This document shows, piece after piece, positions 14,963-25,200 of a DNA stretch of 36,254 bases. A program made the translations under genes and the position numbers. Positions within the stretch are counted from its first letter, which is position 1, and each line of letters begins with the position of its first letter. The notes under the pieces were generated by a model. The model worked only from the letters and a program-made list of their open reading frames with translations. It did not search any database and was not told the origin of the DNA. Location of the stretch: IMG/VR virus record IMGVR_UViG_2531839432_000012. One strand, written 5' to 3'. Origin of the DNA: a virus. Taxonomy: Duplodnaviria; Heunggongvirae; Uroviricota; Caudoviricetes.

Positions 14963-16713
14963 CAGAACTCCATAACCGTGAAACGCTCGTTTTCTCCTTC
15001 GCCGCCAATCGGTTCGTTAATGACAGCAAGCATGGTTGCCCACGCAAGGTCGCCGTGGCTGATCCCCCTCGCGCGGTCCGTTTCGTAAGTGATAAAGCCG
15101 CCCGGTGTTTTCACCTTACGCACGGCGTTAAAGGCCGCGACCAGCTCGCGTTCGGCGCGATCGTATTCCCACCGCCCGGCACGCATTATTTGCAGCATTT
15201 TCAGTACCAGCGACCGTTTTGATGACAGCGTGAAGGTGTACGGAATAGCAGCAGGGAAAAACCGTTTCACTATCTGATAAACAGCCTCCCCGTTCCCGCC
15301 CGTCACATCAATGCCGATGTGTTCCACGTTGTAGCGATACGTGAACTCTTCAATGACTCTGGCCTGTTCTTCAAACTCCAGCCCCTGAACGCGTCGCGTC
15401 TCCACCGTTCGAAAACGGCCACCAGGAACAGCCGGAGGAACCACCACGGACACAGCGCCGCTGTCGCCGTTGCCACTGCTGCCGTTTGCGTCATACCCAA
15501 TCCATACCGGACGATTTCCCATCGGGCGGGGAGCAAAAGGTTTCCAGTCTTTCCAGTCGTCGTATCCGTCAACGCCGCAGCCAATCAGGATATTCAGGTT
15601 AAATGCCGATTCCCCTTCGCGGACAAACTCACACATATAGAGATTGCGGAACTCGTCTTCGGTGTTTTCATCACGAATTTCATCAATATCGGTGTGTTTC
15701 CAGCCGTGATTAACCACATCTTCCAGCGTGACAATTTGCCGCCACGTCCGGTCGGGGCAGATAAGCCCGTTATGCAGCGTTTTCCAGTCCACAGAAAAAC
15801 GCTGGCGTTTATGCGCGGCCTTTTTCTCGTTCCAGCGGTCGCCGTTCCAGTAGACGTATGCCTCGTGCGTTTCGGTTGATGGCGTGGAGAAGTAGGTGCG
15901 CCGCAGTCCGCTGAGGGTTGCCATAGCGCCAGCCACCTTGCGCAGTTCAGCAAAGCGACTGACCCAGAAAAATTCATCAAAATAAAAATTGCCTGTGTAG
16001 GACTGTGCCGTCGCAGCAGAAGTACCGAGAAAATGCAGTTCTGCGCCGTTGGAGAGGATGATTTTATCGCCCCCTTTCAGCTCCACATCAACTTCAGCCG
16101 CGGCCTTCTGAATAATGCTTTTAAACTGGAACGCCTGACGACGCGACGCAGACAAAAAAATCTGGTTACGCTGGTAAGGTTGTGCCACATCGTCACGCAG
16201 CGCCATCAGCAGTGCTTCCTGTGCAAAATACCAGGTCGCCCCAATCTGTCGGGATTTCAGGATCATCCTGTTACGTATCCCGGCTTCACTGCAAAGGGTC
16301 AGGGAGTCAAACCAGCCCCGCTGATGCCACTCCAGCCTGCTGATGATTTTTTCCCGCAGTGCGGCAATCTGCTCCGGCGTGAAATGATTTTTAAGTTTTT
16401 TCGCCCGGCCTTTCTTTCCTGTGGCCGTCGCATCCGGCTGGCCATCATGCAGTTTTTTAAGCTGCCGGGTCAGCAGGTCTATTTCCTTGAAGTCACCACC
16501 TGTTTTATTCTGTTTTTCAGTAAGCTGGATGAGGCGCGCATCGATGGATTGCGTGACACGCTGCACGGGTGGCGTTTCATCCCACTGGTCGCGTTTTTTC
16601 CACGCATAAATCGTGTTCGGGTTTATTCCCATCAGACGTGATATTTCTGCGGGCGGATAACCCTGCCAGTAAAGTTGCCGCGCACGCTGGCGCACAAAAG
16701 CGTCCTGAATCAT
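14962..16713 (-). CDS. P: Terminase large (ATPase) subunit (P2 gpP-like)
   Basis: 583-aa ORF with N-terminal HTH-like segment (YWQGYPPAEISRLMGINPNTIYAWKKRD) and terminase-like core; P2 gene order. Confidence 0.85.
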   Translation of the reverse strand: MIQDAFVRQRARQLYWQGYPPAEISRLMGINPNTIYAWKKRDQWDETPPVQRVTQSIDARLIQLTEKQNKTGGDFKEIDLLTRQLKKLHDGQPDATATGKKGRAKKLKNHFTPEQIAALREKIISRLEWHQRGWFDSLTLCSEAGIRNRMILKSRQIGATWYFAQEALLMALRDDVAQPYQRNQIFLSASRRQAFQFKSIIQKAAAEVDVELKGGDKIILSNGAELHFLGTSAATAQSYTGNFYFDEFFWVSRFAELRKVAGAMATLSGLRRTYFSTPSTETHEAYVYWNGDRWNEKKAAHKRQRFSVDWKTLHNGLICPDRTWRQIVTLEDVVNHGWKHTDIDEIRDENTEDEFRNLYMCEFVREGESAFNLNILIGCGVDGYDDWKDWKPFAPRPMGNRPVWIGYDANGSSGNGDSGAVSVVVPPAVPGGRFRTVETRRVQGLEFEEQARVIEEFTYRYNVEHIGIDVTGGNGEAVYQIVKRFFPAAIPYTFTLSSKRSLVLKMLQIMRAGRWEYDRAERELVAAFNAVRKVKTPGGFITYETDRARGISHGDLAWATMLAVINEPIGGEGENERFTVMEF

Positions 16714-16867
16714 TGCTCCCCCTGAGTAATTACAGGAAGATTACCCGCGCGCGAAACCGTTCTCCTTAACCCCCTGTTCTGGCCGTTTTCTTACAACAAA
16801 AGCCCTTTGTATCAGCCTGTTACGCTTTGCCATCATGACTGAAGAACCAGTCAGAGGGGCAAAAACT

Positions 16868-17704
16868 ATGGCTAATGAAAAAAAGACATCCCGCAAAAAG
16901 TTTCGCGTGGCTGTCTCCGGATCAACTGTTGATGGCCGTGAAATCAGTCCGGTGCATCTGCGTGAAGCCGCCGAGAACTTCAACCCGGATGTTTACGCTG
17001 CCCGCGTGAACGTTGAGCACTATCTCTCGCCATGCCCGTCAAGCGAATTTTCCGCAATGGGCGATGTCACCGCACTGAGTACGGAAGACATTACGGAAGG
17101 TCCGCTGGCCGGACGTACTGCGCTGTATGCAGAAATCGAACCGACCGAGCGCATGAAGCAGCTTGTCGCGGACGGCAAGAAAATCTATTCCAGTATCGAA
17201 CTGCACCCGCAGTTCTCCGTTAACGGGCGCGCCTATCTGGTCGGGCTGGCGATGACCGACACCCCGGCAAGCCTGGGCACTGAGCGCCTGAAATTCACGG
17301 CACAGCAACGTCAGGCGGTGATGACGTTCAACAGTGTCCAGGGTGAAGCACCGCTCATTTCCGAAGCCATCGAGTCTGAAATCATCGAAATGGCAGAACA
17401 ACGCCAGGAAGAAGGCACCCAGTGGTTTAACCGCGTAATGGGGATTATTGGTCGTGGCCGCAAAGCGGATGACGCCAGTTTCTCCCGTATTCAGGAAGCG
17501 GTGGAAGGCGTCGCAACGTCACAGGCCGACATTATCGACCGTTTTAATGTGCTGGAAACCCGCCATCAGCAGGACCGCCAGAAAATCACGTCACTGACCA
17601 CAGAGCTGACAGCACTGAAGGAAAAACTGCGCACGCAGGACGGCGATCCGCAGAACCGCTTCACCGCAACGGGCGCAGCCTCCGACCAGCTGGCTGACTT
17701 CTGA
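16868..17704 (+). CDS. O: Capsid scaffolding protein (P2 gpO-like); start at MANEKK
   Basis: Translation resembles remembered gpO (FRVAVSGSTVDGREIS, YLVGLAMTDTPASLGTE); RBS GAGGGG. Confidence 0.8.
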   Translation: MANEKKTSRKKFRVAVSGSTVDGREISPVHLREAAENFNPDVYAARVNVEHYLSPCPSSEFSAMGDVTALSTEDITEGPLAGRTALYAEIEPTERMKQLVADGKKIYSSIELHPQFSVNGRAYLVGLAMTDTPASLGTERLKFTAQQRQAVMTFNSVQGEAPLISEAIESEIIEMAEQRQEEGTQWFNRVMGIIGRGRKADDASFSRIQEAVEGVATSQADIIDRFNVLETRHQQDRQKITSLTTELTALKEKLRTQDGDPQNRFTATGAASDQLADF

Positions 17705-17726
17705 TAAGACAAAGGAGCAAATTTTT

Positions 17727-18779
17727 ATGAATCTGGTGATGTCAGATATTACCCGCAACAAGCTGGGTTGCTATATGGCGCAGCAGGCGTCGCTTAACAA
17801 TATCCCGGTATCTGCACTGGTATCGCGATTTACCGTAGAACCCTCGGTGCAGCAGCGTTTTGAAAACGCAGTAAAGGAGAGCACTGAATTTACAAAAAAA
17901 ATTAACGTGTTCGGTGTGACTGACCAGAAAGGCGAAAAAATCCTCCTGGACACCACCGGGCCGATTGCGCGCACGAATACCAGTTATGACGGCACAAAAC
18001 GCCGTAACCCGAATAACGTGGTTGATCTGAAAAACCGCAAATACCAGTGCGAACAGGTGAACTACGACACGTTTATTTCGTATCCGCAGCTTGATGCCTG
18101 GGCGGCACACCCTGATTTTCAGTCCCGCGTCAGCACACAGATTGCCCGGCAGGTGGCGCTTGACCGCATCATGATCGGTTTCAACGGCACGTCTCACGCA
18201 GATGAGTCCAACTTCAGCACTAACAAGCTGCTTCAGGACGTTAACGTGGGATGGCTGGAGCACATCAGAACCGACGCCAGCGAGCGCGTTATGAATGATG
18301 TAACGCTGACCTCCCGCAACATGGACAACACCGTGGCGCACGCGGGTAAATATGCGAACGCTGATGCACTGGTACAGGACGCGCGCTCATCCCTGCTGGA
18401 TGAATGGCACAAGGAAGCTGACGACCTCGTGGTGATTATGGGGCGCAACCTGTTTAACTCGCTGCGTCTGCCCGTGCTGAACAGCATCAGCGGCCAGAAT
18501 CCCAATGCGGAATTACTTGCCGGACAGCTCATCCTGTCATCGCGCGCCATTGGCGGGCTGGATGTATTCCTTGCGCCGTTCTTCCCGGATGCAACGATGC
18601 TGATCACCTCGTTCAACAACCTGTCAATTTACTGGCAGAAAGGAACAATGCGTCGCCTGATGAAAGACGAGCCGGAATACAACCGCATCGCCACCTACCA
18701 GTCCATCAATGACGCTTATGTCGTTGAAGACTATGGCAAGTGCGCGATGGTCACTGGCCTGAAGTTCGCCGACAGCTAA
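17727..18779 (+). CDS. N: Major capsid protein (P2 gpN-like)
   Basis: 350-aa ORF after the scaffold gene; FTVEPSV motif as in gpN; strong RBS AAGGAG. Confidence 0.85.
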   Translation: MNLVMSDITRNKLGCYMAQQASLNNIPVSALVSRFTVEPSVQQRFENAVKESTEFTKKINVFGVTDQKGEKILLDTTGPIARTNTSYDGTKRRNPNNVVDLKNRKYQCEQVNYDTFISYPQLDAWAAHPDFQSRVSTQIARQVALDRIMIGFNGTSHADESNFSTNKLLQDVNVGWLEHIRTDASERVMNDVTLTSRNMDNTVAHAGKYANADALVQDARSSLLDEWHKEADDLVVIMGRNLFNSLRLPVLNSISGQNPNAELLAGQLILSSRAIGGLDVFLAPFFPDATMLITSFNNLSIYWQKGTMRRLMKDEPEYNRIATYQSINDAYVVEDYGKCAMVTGLKFADS

Positions 18780-18824
18780 TCACCTCACGGCGGGCATCAT
18801 GCCCGCCTGTAACGGAGAGAAAAA

Positions 18825-19625
18825 ATGATTACTCCTGCACAGCAACACTGGCAGAACGTGATGGCACAGCGCGCAGGCCGGGCGAATGAAGGCGTGGACC
18901 ACGCCGCGCGTACCGCGCATGAAGAGGTGCTGTATCGTCTGCGTCTGGCACAGGCCCGGCTTAAGGGCGTACAGGCCAGAAGCGCGAAAGCCGCCATCAA
19001 AAAAGAGTTATTGCCGGACTTTTCCGGCTGGATTGAGGGAACGCTGGAGGCTGACGGCGGGCAGCAGGATGAAGTGATTGCCACGCTGATGGTCTGGGCG
19101 ATTGACTGCGGCGATCTTCCGCTGGCGCTGCGTATTGGTGCATATGTGGTCCGTCACAACCTCATCATGCCGGATAACTTTGGACGTACTGCTGCCACGG
19201 TACTGACCGAAGAAATCTGTAATCCGGTACTGACGCAGGCCGGGACGGATGCCGACGCGGATTTGTCCGCCTTTATCGAACCACTGGACACCCTCCGGGA
19301 GATTGTCACCGACCAGGACATGCCGGACGAAGTGCGCGCCAAATTATGCAAAGCGTGCGCCTTTGCCCGCCGTGGCCTGAGTGATACGGACAGCATGGCC
19401 CTGTCACTGAAGCTGCTGCGCGAAGCAATGCACCTGAACCCGAACGCAGGTGTGAAACGCGAGATTGCAACCCTTTCCCGCGCCCTGAAAAAAGCCGATC
19501 CCGCAGCCGCACCAGAAGACGCCAGCGCACAGCAGACGCAGGACGAAAGCAGCAAAAGTAAAAAGACAACGCGGAAGCCTGCAACACGAAAAACCACCGC
19601 GACGCAGAAGGCGAAGCGCGGTTAA
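18825..19625 (+). CDS. M: Terminase small / endonuclease subunit (P2 gpM-like)
   Basis: 266-aa ORF in the conserved position after N; basic C-terminal tail. Confidence 0.75.
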   Translation: MITPAQQHWQNVMAQRAGRANEGVDHAARTAHEEVLYRLRLAQARLKGVQARSAKAAIKKELLPDFSGWIEGTLEADGGQQDEVIATLMVWAIDCGDLPLALRIGAYVVRHNLIMPDNFGRTAATVLTEEICNPVLTQAGTDADADLSAFIEPLDTLREIVTDQDMPDEVRAKLCKACAFARRGLSDTDSMALSLKLLREAMHLNPNAGVKREIATLSRALKKADPAAAPEDASAQQTQDESSKSKKTTRKPATRKTTATQKAKRG

Positions 19626-19727
19626 CGACTGACCCCGTCAGCGGGCGGCGTGCGCGGTGTTCCGGTTTGACTCCGTGACCGTTTACACCGCGCACCCACC
19701 GCCCGATTTTTTTCAGGAGTGAACCCC

Positions 19728-20222
19728 ATGAGTATGGTTGCCAGAACTGAACCCAGACCCGCAGAGGACGACATCACCGATACCGATGATGGCGATACCC
19801 GCATTTCAGCGGGTGCATTCTGGCCGGATATTGTGCTGCGCGAGCTGCGTCTGGCGGTACGACTGCCGGGCCGCGTGACCACCTCCCGCCTGCTACATAC
19901 TGCCACCGGGGCTGTGGCACACGTTACCCGCGAGCTGGAAGCATGGCAGCAGGAACAGCAGGCAGCTGGCCATCTGACGCTGGCCGATGTTCCGGCACCC
20001 GTAATTAACGGAGAAAGCGTCAATCTCTGGCACTGGCGCAATGCTGTTTATACCGCCACGCGCGCCCTGATTCTGGAGCGTTACCGCGATGCGGACACAA
20101 CGGATAAGGGCGACCGCCGGGCGGACGCACTGGATATACAGACATCGGATTTGTGGCGCGATGTGAGCTGGGCCATCTCTGACATTCTGCGCCGCCCGCG
20201 AATTTTTGCGGAGCTGTGCTGA
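19728..20222 (+). CDS. L: Head completion/stabilisation protein (P2 gpL-like); start at ATG 19728
   Basis: Position and size; RBS AGGAG 8 nt upstream. Confidence 0.7.
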   Translation: MSMVARTEPRPAEDDITDTDDGDTRISAGAFWPDIVLRELRLAVRLPGRVTTSRLLHTATGAVAHVTRELEAWQQEQQAAGHLTLADVPAPVINGESVNLWHWRNAVYTATRALILERYRDADTTDKGDRRADALDIQTSDLWRDVSWAISDILRRPRIFAELC

Positions 20223-20422
20223 TGAAAGTGAAGGCACTGGAAGGCGACACCGTGGATTCGCTCTGTTTCCGGTACTACGGCACGACGCAGGGCGTCACCG
20301 AAAAGGTGCTGGATGCCAACCCCGGACTCTGTCAGCAGGTATTTCTGGACGCCGGGCAGGACGTGGAGATGCCGGAGCCGGAGAAGAAGAAACGAGAAAT
20401 GATTCAGTTGTGGGGGGAGTAG
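20222..20422 (+). CDS. X: Tail protein X (P2 gpX-like); start overlaps the L stop
   Basis: 66-aa ORF in the P2 position; MKVKALEGDTVDSLCFRYYG. Confidence 0.7.
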   Translation: MKVKALEGDTVDSLCFRYYGTTQGVTEKVLDANPGLCQQVFLDAGQDVEMPEPEKKKREMIQLWGE

Positions 20423-20424
20423 CA

Positions 20425-20748
20425 GTGAGCACCATTCAAACAGGGATCACAGAGCAGGTTATTGCGTGGCTCTTTGACCACCTGCCAACGGTGTATGCAG
20501 TAGGCGCGGCGGTCAGCATTTCCGCGCTGATGAGTCTTTATGACGGACGAACACTGGTTCAGACCGTAACGGGATCGCTGGCGTGCGGCGTTCTTGCCAT
20601 GGCCGTGGCCGGGTCGTTGCGCTTCTTCGGGTTTCCTGAAGATGCCGTGACGTTTATCGGCGCATCAATCGGTTTTATGGGCGCAGAGAAAGCACGCGAC
20701 AAGGTTATTGCGGCCTTTAATCGCAGGGTGAAGGGGAAGGACGAATGA
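20425..20748 (+). CDS. Putative holin (P2 gpY position), GTG start
   Basis: 107-aa hydrophobic protein with predicted TM segments immediately upstream of the endolysin; start-codon choice uncertain. Confidence 0.5.
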   Translation: MSTIQTGITEQVIAWLFDHLPTVYAVGAAVSISALMSLYDGRTLVQTVTGSLACGVLAMAVAGSLRFFGFPEDAVTFIGASIGFMGAEKARDKVIAAFNRRVKGKDE

Positions 20749-21137
20749 GCAACACATTTAAATTCAGCAGTCGGAGCGAAAAGAATTTGCAGGGCGTAAA
20801 TCCTGATCTGGTGAAAGTGACCCGACGGGCACTGGAAATTTCGGAAGTGGATTTTGGTATCACCGAAGGGTTGCGCAGCCGTTACCGCCAGAAGCAACTT
20901 GTGGCCACAGGTAAGAGCCAGACCATGAACAGCCGCCACCTTACGGGACATGCCGTGGATGTTGTGGCTTATATCGGCAGCCAGGTGTCATGGGAATGGC
21001 CGCTGTACGAAAAAATCGCAGCAGCATTCAGACAGGCCAGCCGGGAGCTGAATATTCCGGTGGAATGGGGCGGCGACTGGAAGACCCTGAAAGACGGACC
21101 GCATTTTCAGTTACCACACGGAGCCTATCCGGCATGA
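20745..21137 (+). CDS. Endolysin, peptidase M15 family (zinc metallopeptidase, L-alanyl-D-glutamate endopeptidase-like)
   Basis: Contains the SxHxxGxAxD zinc-binding signature (SRHLTGHAVD) and a downstream His (DGPHF); located between holin and spanins. Confidence 0.75.
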   Translation: MSNTFKFSSRSEKNLQGVNPDLVKVTRRALEISEVDFGITEGLRSRYRQKQLVATGKSQTMNSRHLTGHAVDVVAYIGSQVSWEWPLYEKIAAAFRQASRELNIPVEWGGDWKTLKDGPHFQLPHGAYPA

Positions 21138-21541
21138 AGCTCTGGCCCACGCTGGGTGTCGCTTTCCTTCTGATTGCCGCATGGGGAACATCCATGCGTC
21201 TGTCATGGTCGCTGGGCCGGGAGAACGCCAGAAACGAAGCGCAGGCCAGCACCCTGAAACGTACCGCCGACACCCTGAATATCATCAGCGCCGGGGTACA
21301 GGATATGCAGCAGGTGCTGGCGCAACTCCGCGTGGAAAATCAGCAACGCAATCAGGACGGAGAGGCAAGACGTGAACAGCTACGCAACGATATTGCAAAA
21401 GATGAATGCGCCCACGCTTTGCCTGACGCTCGTTTTACTGACAGGTTGCGCAGGCACGCAGAACGCGCCACGGCCAGCGCCGTCAGTCCGGCTTATACCG
21501 CAGACGCTGACCATACCAGTAATACCTCCCCCCTTCCCTGA
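21134..21541 (+). CDS. Inner-membrane spanin component (LysB/Rz-like)
   Basis: N-terminal TM helix (MKLWPTLGVAFLLIAAWG) followed by a coiled-coil/charged domain; position after the endolysin. Confidence 0.55.
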   Translation: MKLWPTLGVAFLLIAAWGTSMRLSWSLGRENARNEAQASTLKRTADTLNIISAGVQDMQQVLAQLRVENQQRNQDGEARREQLRNDIAKDECAHALPDARFTDRLRRHAERATASAVSPAYTADADHTSNTSPLP

Positions 21542-21692
21542 TACTCCCACATGGGGAAATCTCGGTATATGGGGCGACCGCCTTCTGGATGCACTGGAAA
21601 CCTGTAACGCGGATAAACGGGCCATTGAATTACTGGAACAGCGCAGACTGCAACGACTGAACAACGAGGACAACAACCATGCTGAAAACTGA
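21372..21692 (+). CDS. Outer-membrane lipoprotein spanin (LysC/Rz1-like), starting inside the LysB gene in another frame (start may be ATG 21402)
   Basis: Lipobox LLTGC after a hydrophobic signal; Pro-rich; overlapping architecture typical of spanin pairs. Confidence 0.55.
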   Translation: MNSYATILQKMNAPTLCLTLVLLTGCAGTQNAPRPAPSVRLIPQTLTIPVIPPPFPDTPTWGNLGIWGDRLLDALETCNADKRAIELLEQRRLQRLNNEDNNHAEN

Positions 21693-22146
21693 TTCCCTGC
21701 GTGAAGCCATGACCCGTTCATGCCGATGGTGTCAGGCCAACCCGGAAAAATTCACCATTTTCGTGGAGAGCGGCAACATTGAAACGACCGGAGAAACGCC
21801 CTCGTTTGTTTACCGCTATCAGATGGTGATGTTTGTCATGGATTACGCCGGGGAGCTGGACGACCTCACGCTGCCGCTACTGGCGTGGTTATCAGAAAAT
21901 CAGCCACAGTTGTTGCTCAATCCGGAGCGTAATCAGGACATCAAATTCTCCGCCGTTATCAATGACGATGACAGCGCCGATCTCCTGTTTACGCTCCCTC
22001 TGCAGGAACGCGTTCGCATCACGCGCAGCAGTCAGGGCACGCCGCAGGCAGAACACCTGCCGGAGCCAAAACCCCGCCTGCCATCTTCCGAAGGCGACTG
22101 GTCGCATGTATTCCAGGATGTGACGTGGGGTGAAAGCGATGGATAA
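21679..22146 (+). CDS. R: Tail completion protein (P2 gpR-like)
   Basis: 155-aa ORF in the P2 position. Confidence 0.65.
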   Translation: MLKTDSLREAMTRSCRWCQANPEKFTIFVESGNIETTGETPSFVYRYQMVMFVMDYAGELDDLTLPLLAWLSENQPQLLLNPERNQDIKFSAVINDDDSADLLFTLPLQERVRITRSSQGTPQAEHLPEPKPRLPSSEGDWSHVFQDVTWGESDG

Positions 22147-22774
22147 GGCATTCCCCCGCGTGGATGAAACCTTTGAGGCCATCCGCGACAGCCTGAATCA
22201 GCAGGCCATCAATAACATCGCCAGAAAGCTGGCACAGGATTTACGCCGCGCCCAGCAGGCGCGTATCCGGTCACAGAAAGCGCCGGACGGGACCGCGTGG
22301 ACACCACGCAGACGCCGCGTAACCCGGATACAGGAACGCATTCGCTTTATCTGGAATAACGAAGCACGCACGCTGAAAAACTGGCATCACGACACGGGGA
22401 AATACGGGCGAACCATTACCGGGTGGGATGAGGATAAAAATAATATCCGCACGTTTTACCGGGATGACATCGACCGTTTTCTGGAAATACGCACCCGGCG
22501 CATCAACCAGGACAGCACAAAGCGCGTCCCCATGTTCGTAAAACTGCGCACCGCCCGCTACCTGAAAGCCCGTGCAGATGCTTCCGGTGTGACGGTGGGT
22601 TACAGCGGCGTGGCCGCACGTATTGCCCGCGTTCATCAGTTCGGTGAGCGCGATCAGGTTGCGCCGGGCATTTTCACCGATTACCCGGTACGTGAGCTGT
22701 TGGGTATCAGCCAGGCAGATGAGCGCCTGATTTATAACACGGTGCTGGGCCGGATTGCGGAGGCTGTACGGTGA
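22130..22774 (+). CDS. S: Tail completion / virion morphogenesis protein (P2 gpS-like)
   Basis: ORF in the P2 position; longer than P2 S. Confidence 0.6.
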   Translation: MKAMDKAFPRVDETFEAIRDSLNQQAINNIARKLAQDLRRAQQARIRSQKAPDGTAWTPRRRRVTRIQERIRFIWNNEARTLKNWHHDTGKYGRTITGWDEDKNNIRTFYRDDIDRFLEIRTRRINQDSTKRVPMFVKLRTARYLKARADASGVTVGYSGVAARIARVHQFGERDQVAPGIFTDYPVRELLGISQADERLIYNTVLGRIAEAVR

Positions 22775-23352
22775 GCGCAGAACTCATGCGACTGCTGAGC
22801 AATATCATCCGCACCGGGATCATCTCTGAAGTTGATGAGAAGTCCTGGCGCGTGCGCGTTCGCAGCGGCGAACTGGAAACAGGCTGGCTGCGCTGGAACA
22901 CCACGCGCGCGGGAGCCTTCAATGTGTGGCTGCCGCCATCACCAGGCGAACAGGTGGTAATTGCCTGCATTGGCGGCAACCCGGAAACCGCCATGATAAT
23001 TGGCAGCCTGTGGAGTGATGCCAGTCCGGCCCCCGGCAAAAGCCTGAAAGAAATCGTGGTCAGCGCGCCGGATGGCGCGGTGTTCCGCTACGACGCGGAC
23101 GCAGGCGCACTGAGCGCCAGCGGCATGAAAACGGCCACTTTACAGGCATCCGTCAGCGTGAAACTGGATACGCCCGTCGTGGAATGCACAAACCTTCTGA
23201 GAACGGCGACGCTTGACGTCACAAAAGGAGGAAAGATGAGCGGCAATATCACGCACAGCGGCGGCAACTTCACCTCAAACGGCATTACCGTGCATACGCA
23301 TAAACACGGTGGCGTTAAAGGTGGCAGCGATTCGACAGGAGGCCCGCAGTGA
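22771..23352 (+). CDS. V: Baseplate spike / assembly protein V (GTG start overlapping the S stop)
   Basis: Translation matches the remembered gpV pattern (IRTGII, GGNFTSNGITVHTHKHGG). Confidence 0.8.
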   Translation: MSAELMRLLSNIIRTGIISEVDEKSWRVRVRSGELETGWLRWNTTRAGAFNVWLPPSPGEQVVIACIGGNPETAMIIGSLWSDASPAPGKSLKEIVVSAPDGAVFRYDADAGALSASGMKTATLQASVSVKLDTPVVECTNLLRTATLDVTKGGKMSGNITHSGGNFTSNGITVHTHKHGGVKGGSDSTGGPQ

Positions 23353-23699
23353 CAACCCGCTACACAGGAATGAACCCGGACGGAACGGGAAACCTGAACG
23401 ATATGGAGCACCTGAAACAGTCAGTCAGGGACATCCTGACCACCCCGCTGGCAAGCCGGGTTATGCGACGGGAATATGGCAGCCTTGTGCCTGATTTGAT
23501 TGACGAACCCATGAATAACACCACGCGTCTGCAATGCATGAGTGCTGCCGTGATTGCGCTGACACGATGGGAACCCCGCATTGCCCTGGATGCCATCGAC
23601 GTTGTCTGGAAAGCGGGAGGCCGCGCCGGGGTGACGCTGTCGGGCACTGTCATGCAGACCATGCAGAATGTTGAATTAACCATCACGCTGAGGGAGTAA
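23349..23699 (+). CDS. W: Baseplate protein W (gp25-like), GTG start with AGGAGG RBS
   Basis: MTTRYTGMN...SRVMRREYGSL resembles remembered gpW. Confidence 0.8.
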   Translation: MTTRYTGMNPDGTGNLNDMEHLKQSVRDILTTPLASRVMRREYGSLVPDLIDEPMNNTTRLQCMSAAVIALTRWEPRIALDAIDVVWKAGGRAGVTLSGTVMQTMQNVELTITLRE

Positions 23700-23702
23700 A
23701 TC

Positions 23703-24599
23703 ATGCCCGCCGTTGACCTTTCACAGTTACCGGAACCCGCCATCATCGCGGAGCCTGACTTTGAAGCAATTCTGGCTGACACAAAGGCCATGATGATTGC
23801 GGCTTATCCCGCCGAACAGCGTGAAGCCGTTTCCGCCGCGCTGGAGCTGGAATCGGAACCCCTTAACGTTATCGCTCAAACCATGTCGTTTCGTGAAATG
23901 CTGTTACGCCAGCGGGTTAACGAGGGGGCACGCGCCTGCATGTTAAGCCACAGCGCCGGGACAGACCTGGACAACCTCGCGGGCAATATGAACACAAAGC
24001 GCCTGGTTATCACTCCGGCAACGGATACCACCGACGCGGTGATGGAGAGCGACACCTCGCTGAGACTGCGGGCGCAGCGGGCGTACGACGGCCTGAGTGT
24101 TGCTGGCCCGTCAGGTGCATACGAGTATTTTGCCCGCAGCGCCAGCGGTCTGGTGCGTGATGCGCGGGCTATCAGTCCGTCTCCGGCAAATGTGACGGTT
24201 TCCATCCTGTCCACTGAAGGCGACGGCACAGCGACGGAGGCGTTGCTTAATACCGTTCGCGCCGTTCTGAATGCAGAGGATACCCGCCCGGTGGCCGACC
24301 GCCTGACCGTACAGAGCGCCAGAATCGTGACATGGCGGCTGAATGCAAAACTGTACTTTTACCCCGGCCCGGAATCCGAACCTATTCTGGCCGCGGCTGA
24401 ATCGTCGTTCAGGAAGTGGCTGGCTGAACAGGGGCTTATCGGTCAGGACGTGGCGTTGTCCGCCATTGCTGCCGCACTGCATGTGCACGGTGTGCAACGC
24501 GTGGAGATAATCGAACCCACACAGAATATGGCCATCAGCGACATACAGGCGGCGCGCTGTGAGTCATTCACCATCAGCGAAGGTGGACGCAATGAGTAA
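23703..24599 (+). CDS. J: Baseplate protein J
   Basis: 298-aa ORF in the P2 position; RBS GAGGGAG. Confidence 0.8.
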   Translation: MPAVDLSQLPEPAIIAEPDFEAILADTKAMMIAAYPAEQREAVSAALELESEPLNVIAQTMSFREMLLRQRVNEGARACMLSHSAGTDLDNLAGNMNTKRLVITPATDTTDAVMESDTSLRLRAQRAYDGLSVAGPSGAYEYFARSASGLVRDARAISPSPANVTVSILSTEGDGTATEALLNTVRAVLNAEDTRPVADRLTVQSARIVTWRLNAKLYFYPGPESEPILAAAESSFRKWLAEQGLIGQDVALSAIAAALHVHGVQRVEIIEPTQNMAISDIQAARCESFTISEGGRNE

Positions 24600-25200
24600 T
24601 TCGTTGTTACCACCATCAGCCAGCAATTTCATGCGTTGTGCCGAAGCCGTCGGAACACGCATTACAGACATTCCGGTAGACCTCAACACGCTGTGGTCGC
24701 CGGACACCTGCCCGGTGCATCTGCTGCCTTATCTCGCCTGGGCGTTTTCCGTTGACCGCTGGGATCGCAACTGGCCGGAAGAGACAAAGCGACAGGTGAT
24801 TCGTGATGCATGGCTGATACACCGACACAAAGGGACCATCAGCGCACTGCGAAGAGCCGTGGAGCCTCTCGGCTACCTGATTGAAGTAAAGGAGTGGTGG
24901 CAACTCAACGAGGAGCCAGGAACATTTCGCATTGTTGTCGGAGTACTTGATCAGGGCATCACCGATGAAATGTATCAGGAACTTGAGCGCCTTATTGCGG
25001 ATGCAAAACCAGTAAGTCGCCATCTGACGGGGCTGACGATCAGCCTGAGTGTGAACGGAAAGATTTTCGTTGGTACGGGATGCTATCACGGCGATGCCCT
25101 GACGGTTTATCCCTACACCCCGGAGTCCATTATTGTCGAAGGGGATTATTTTCCTGCCCCGGCCATTCATTTAATTGATAATCTGAGAGTAAACGCATGA
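24592..25200 (+). CDS. I: Baseplate / tail formation protein I
   Basis: ORF in the P2 position (start at ATG 24592). Confidence 0.7.
   Translation: MSNSLLPPSASNFMRCAEAVGTRITDIPVDLNTLWSPDTCPVHLLPYLAWAFSVDRWDRNWPEETKRQVIRDAWLIHRHKGTISALRRAVEPLGYLIEVKEWWQLNEEPGTFRIVVGVLDQGITDEMYQELERLIADAKPVSRHLTGLTISLSVNGKIFVGTGCYHGDALTVYPYTPESIIVEGDYFPAPAIHLIDNLRVNA

Noticed and set aside
15319-16641. Plus-strand ORFs (15319..15879, 16033..16641) opposite the large terminase gene
   Set aside because: Antisense to a confidently identified terminase gene; no independent support.
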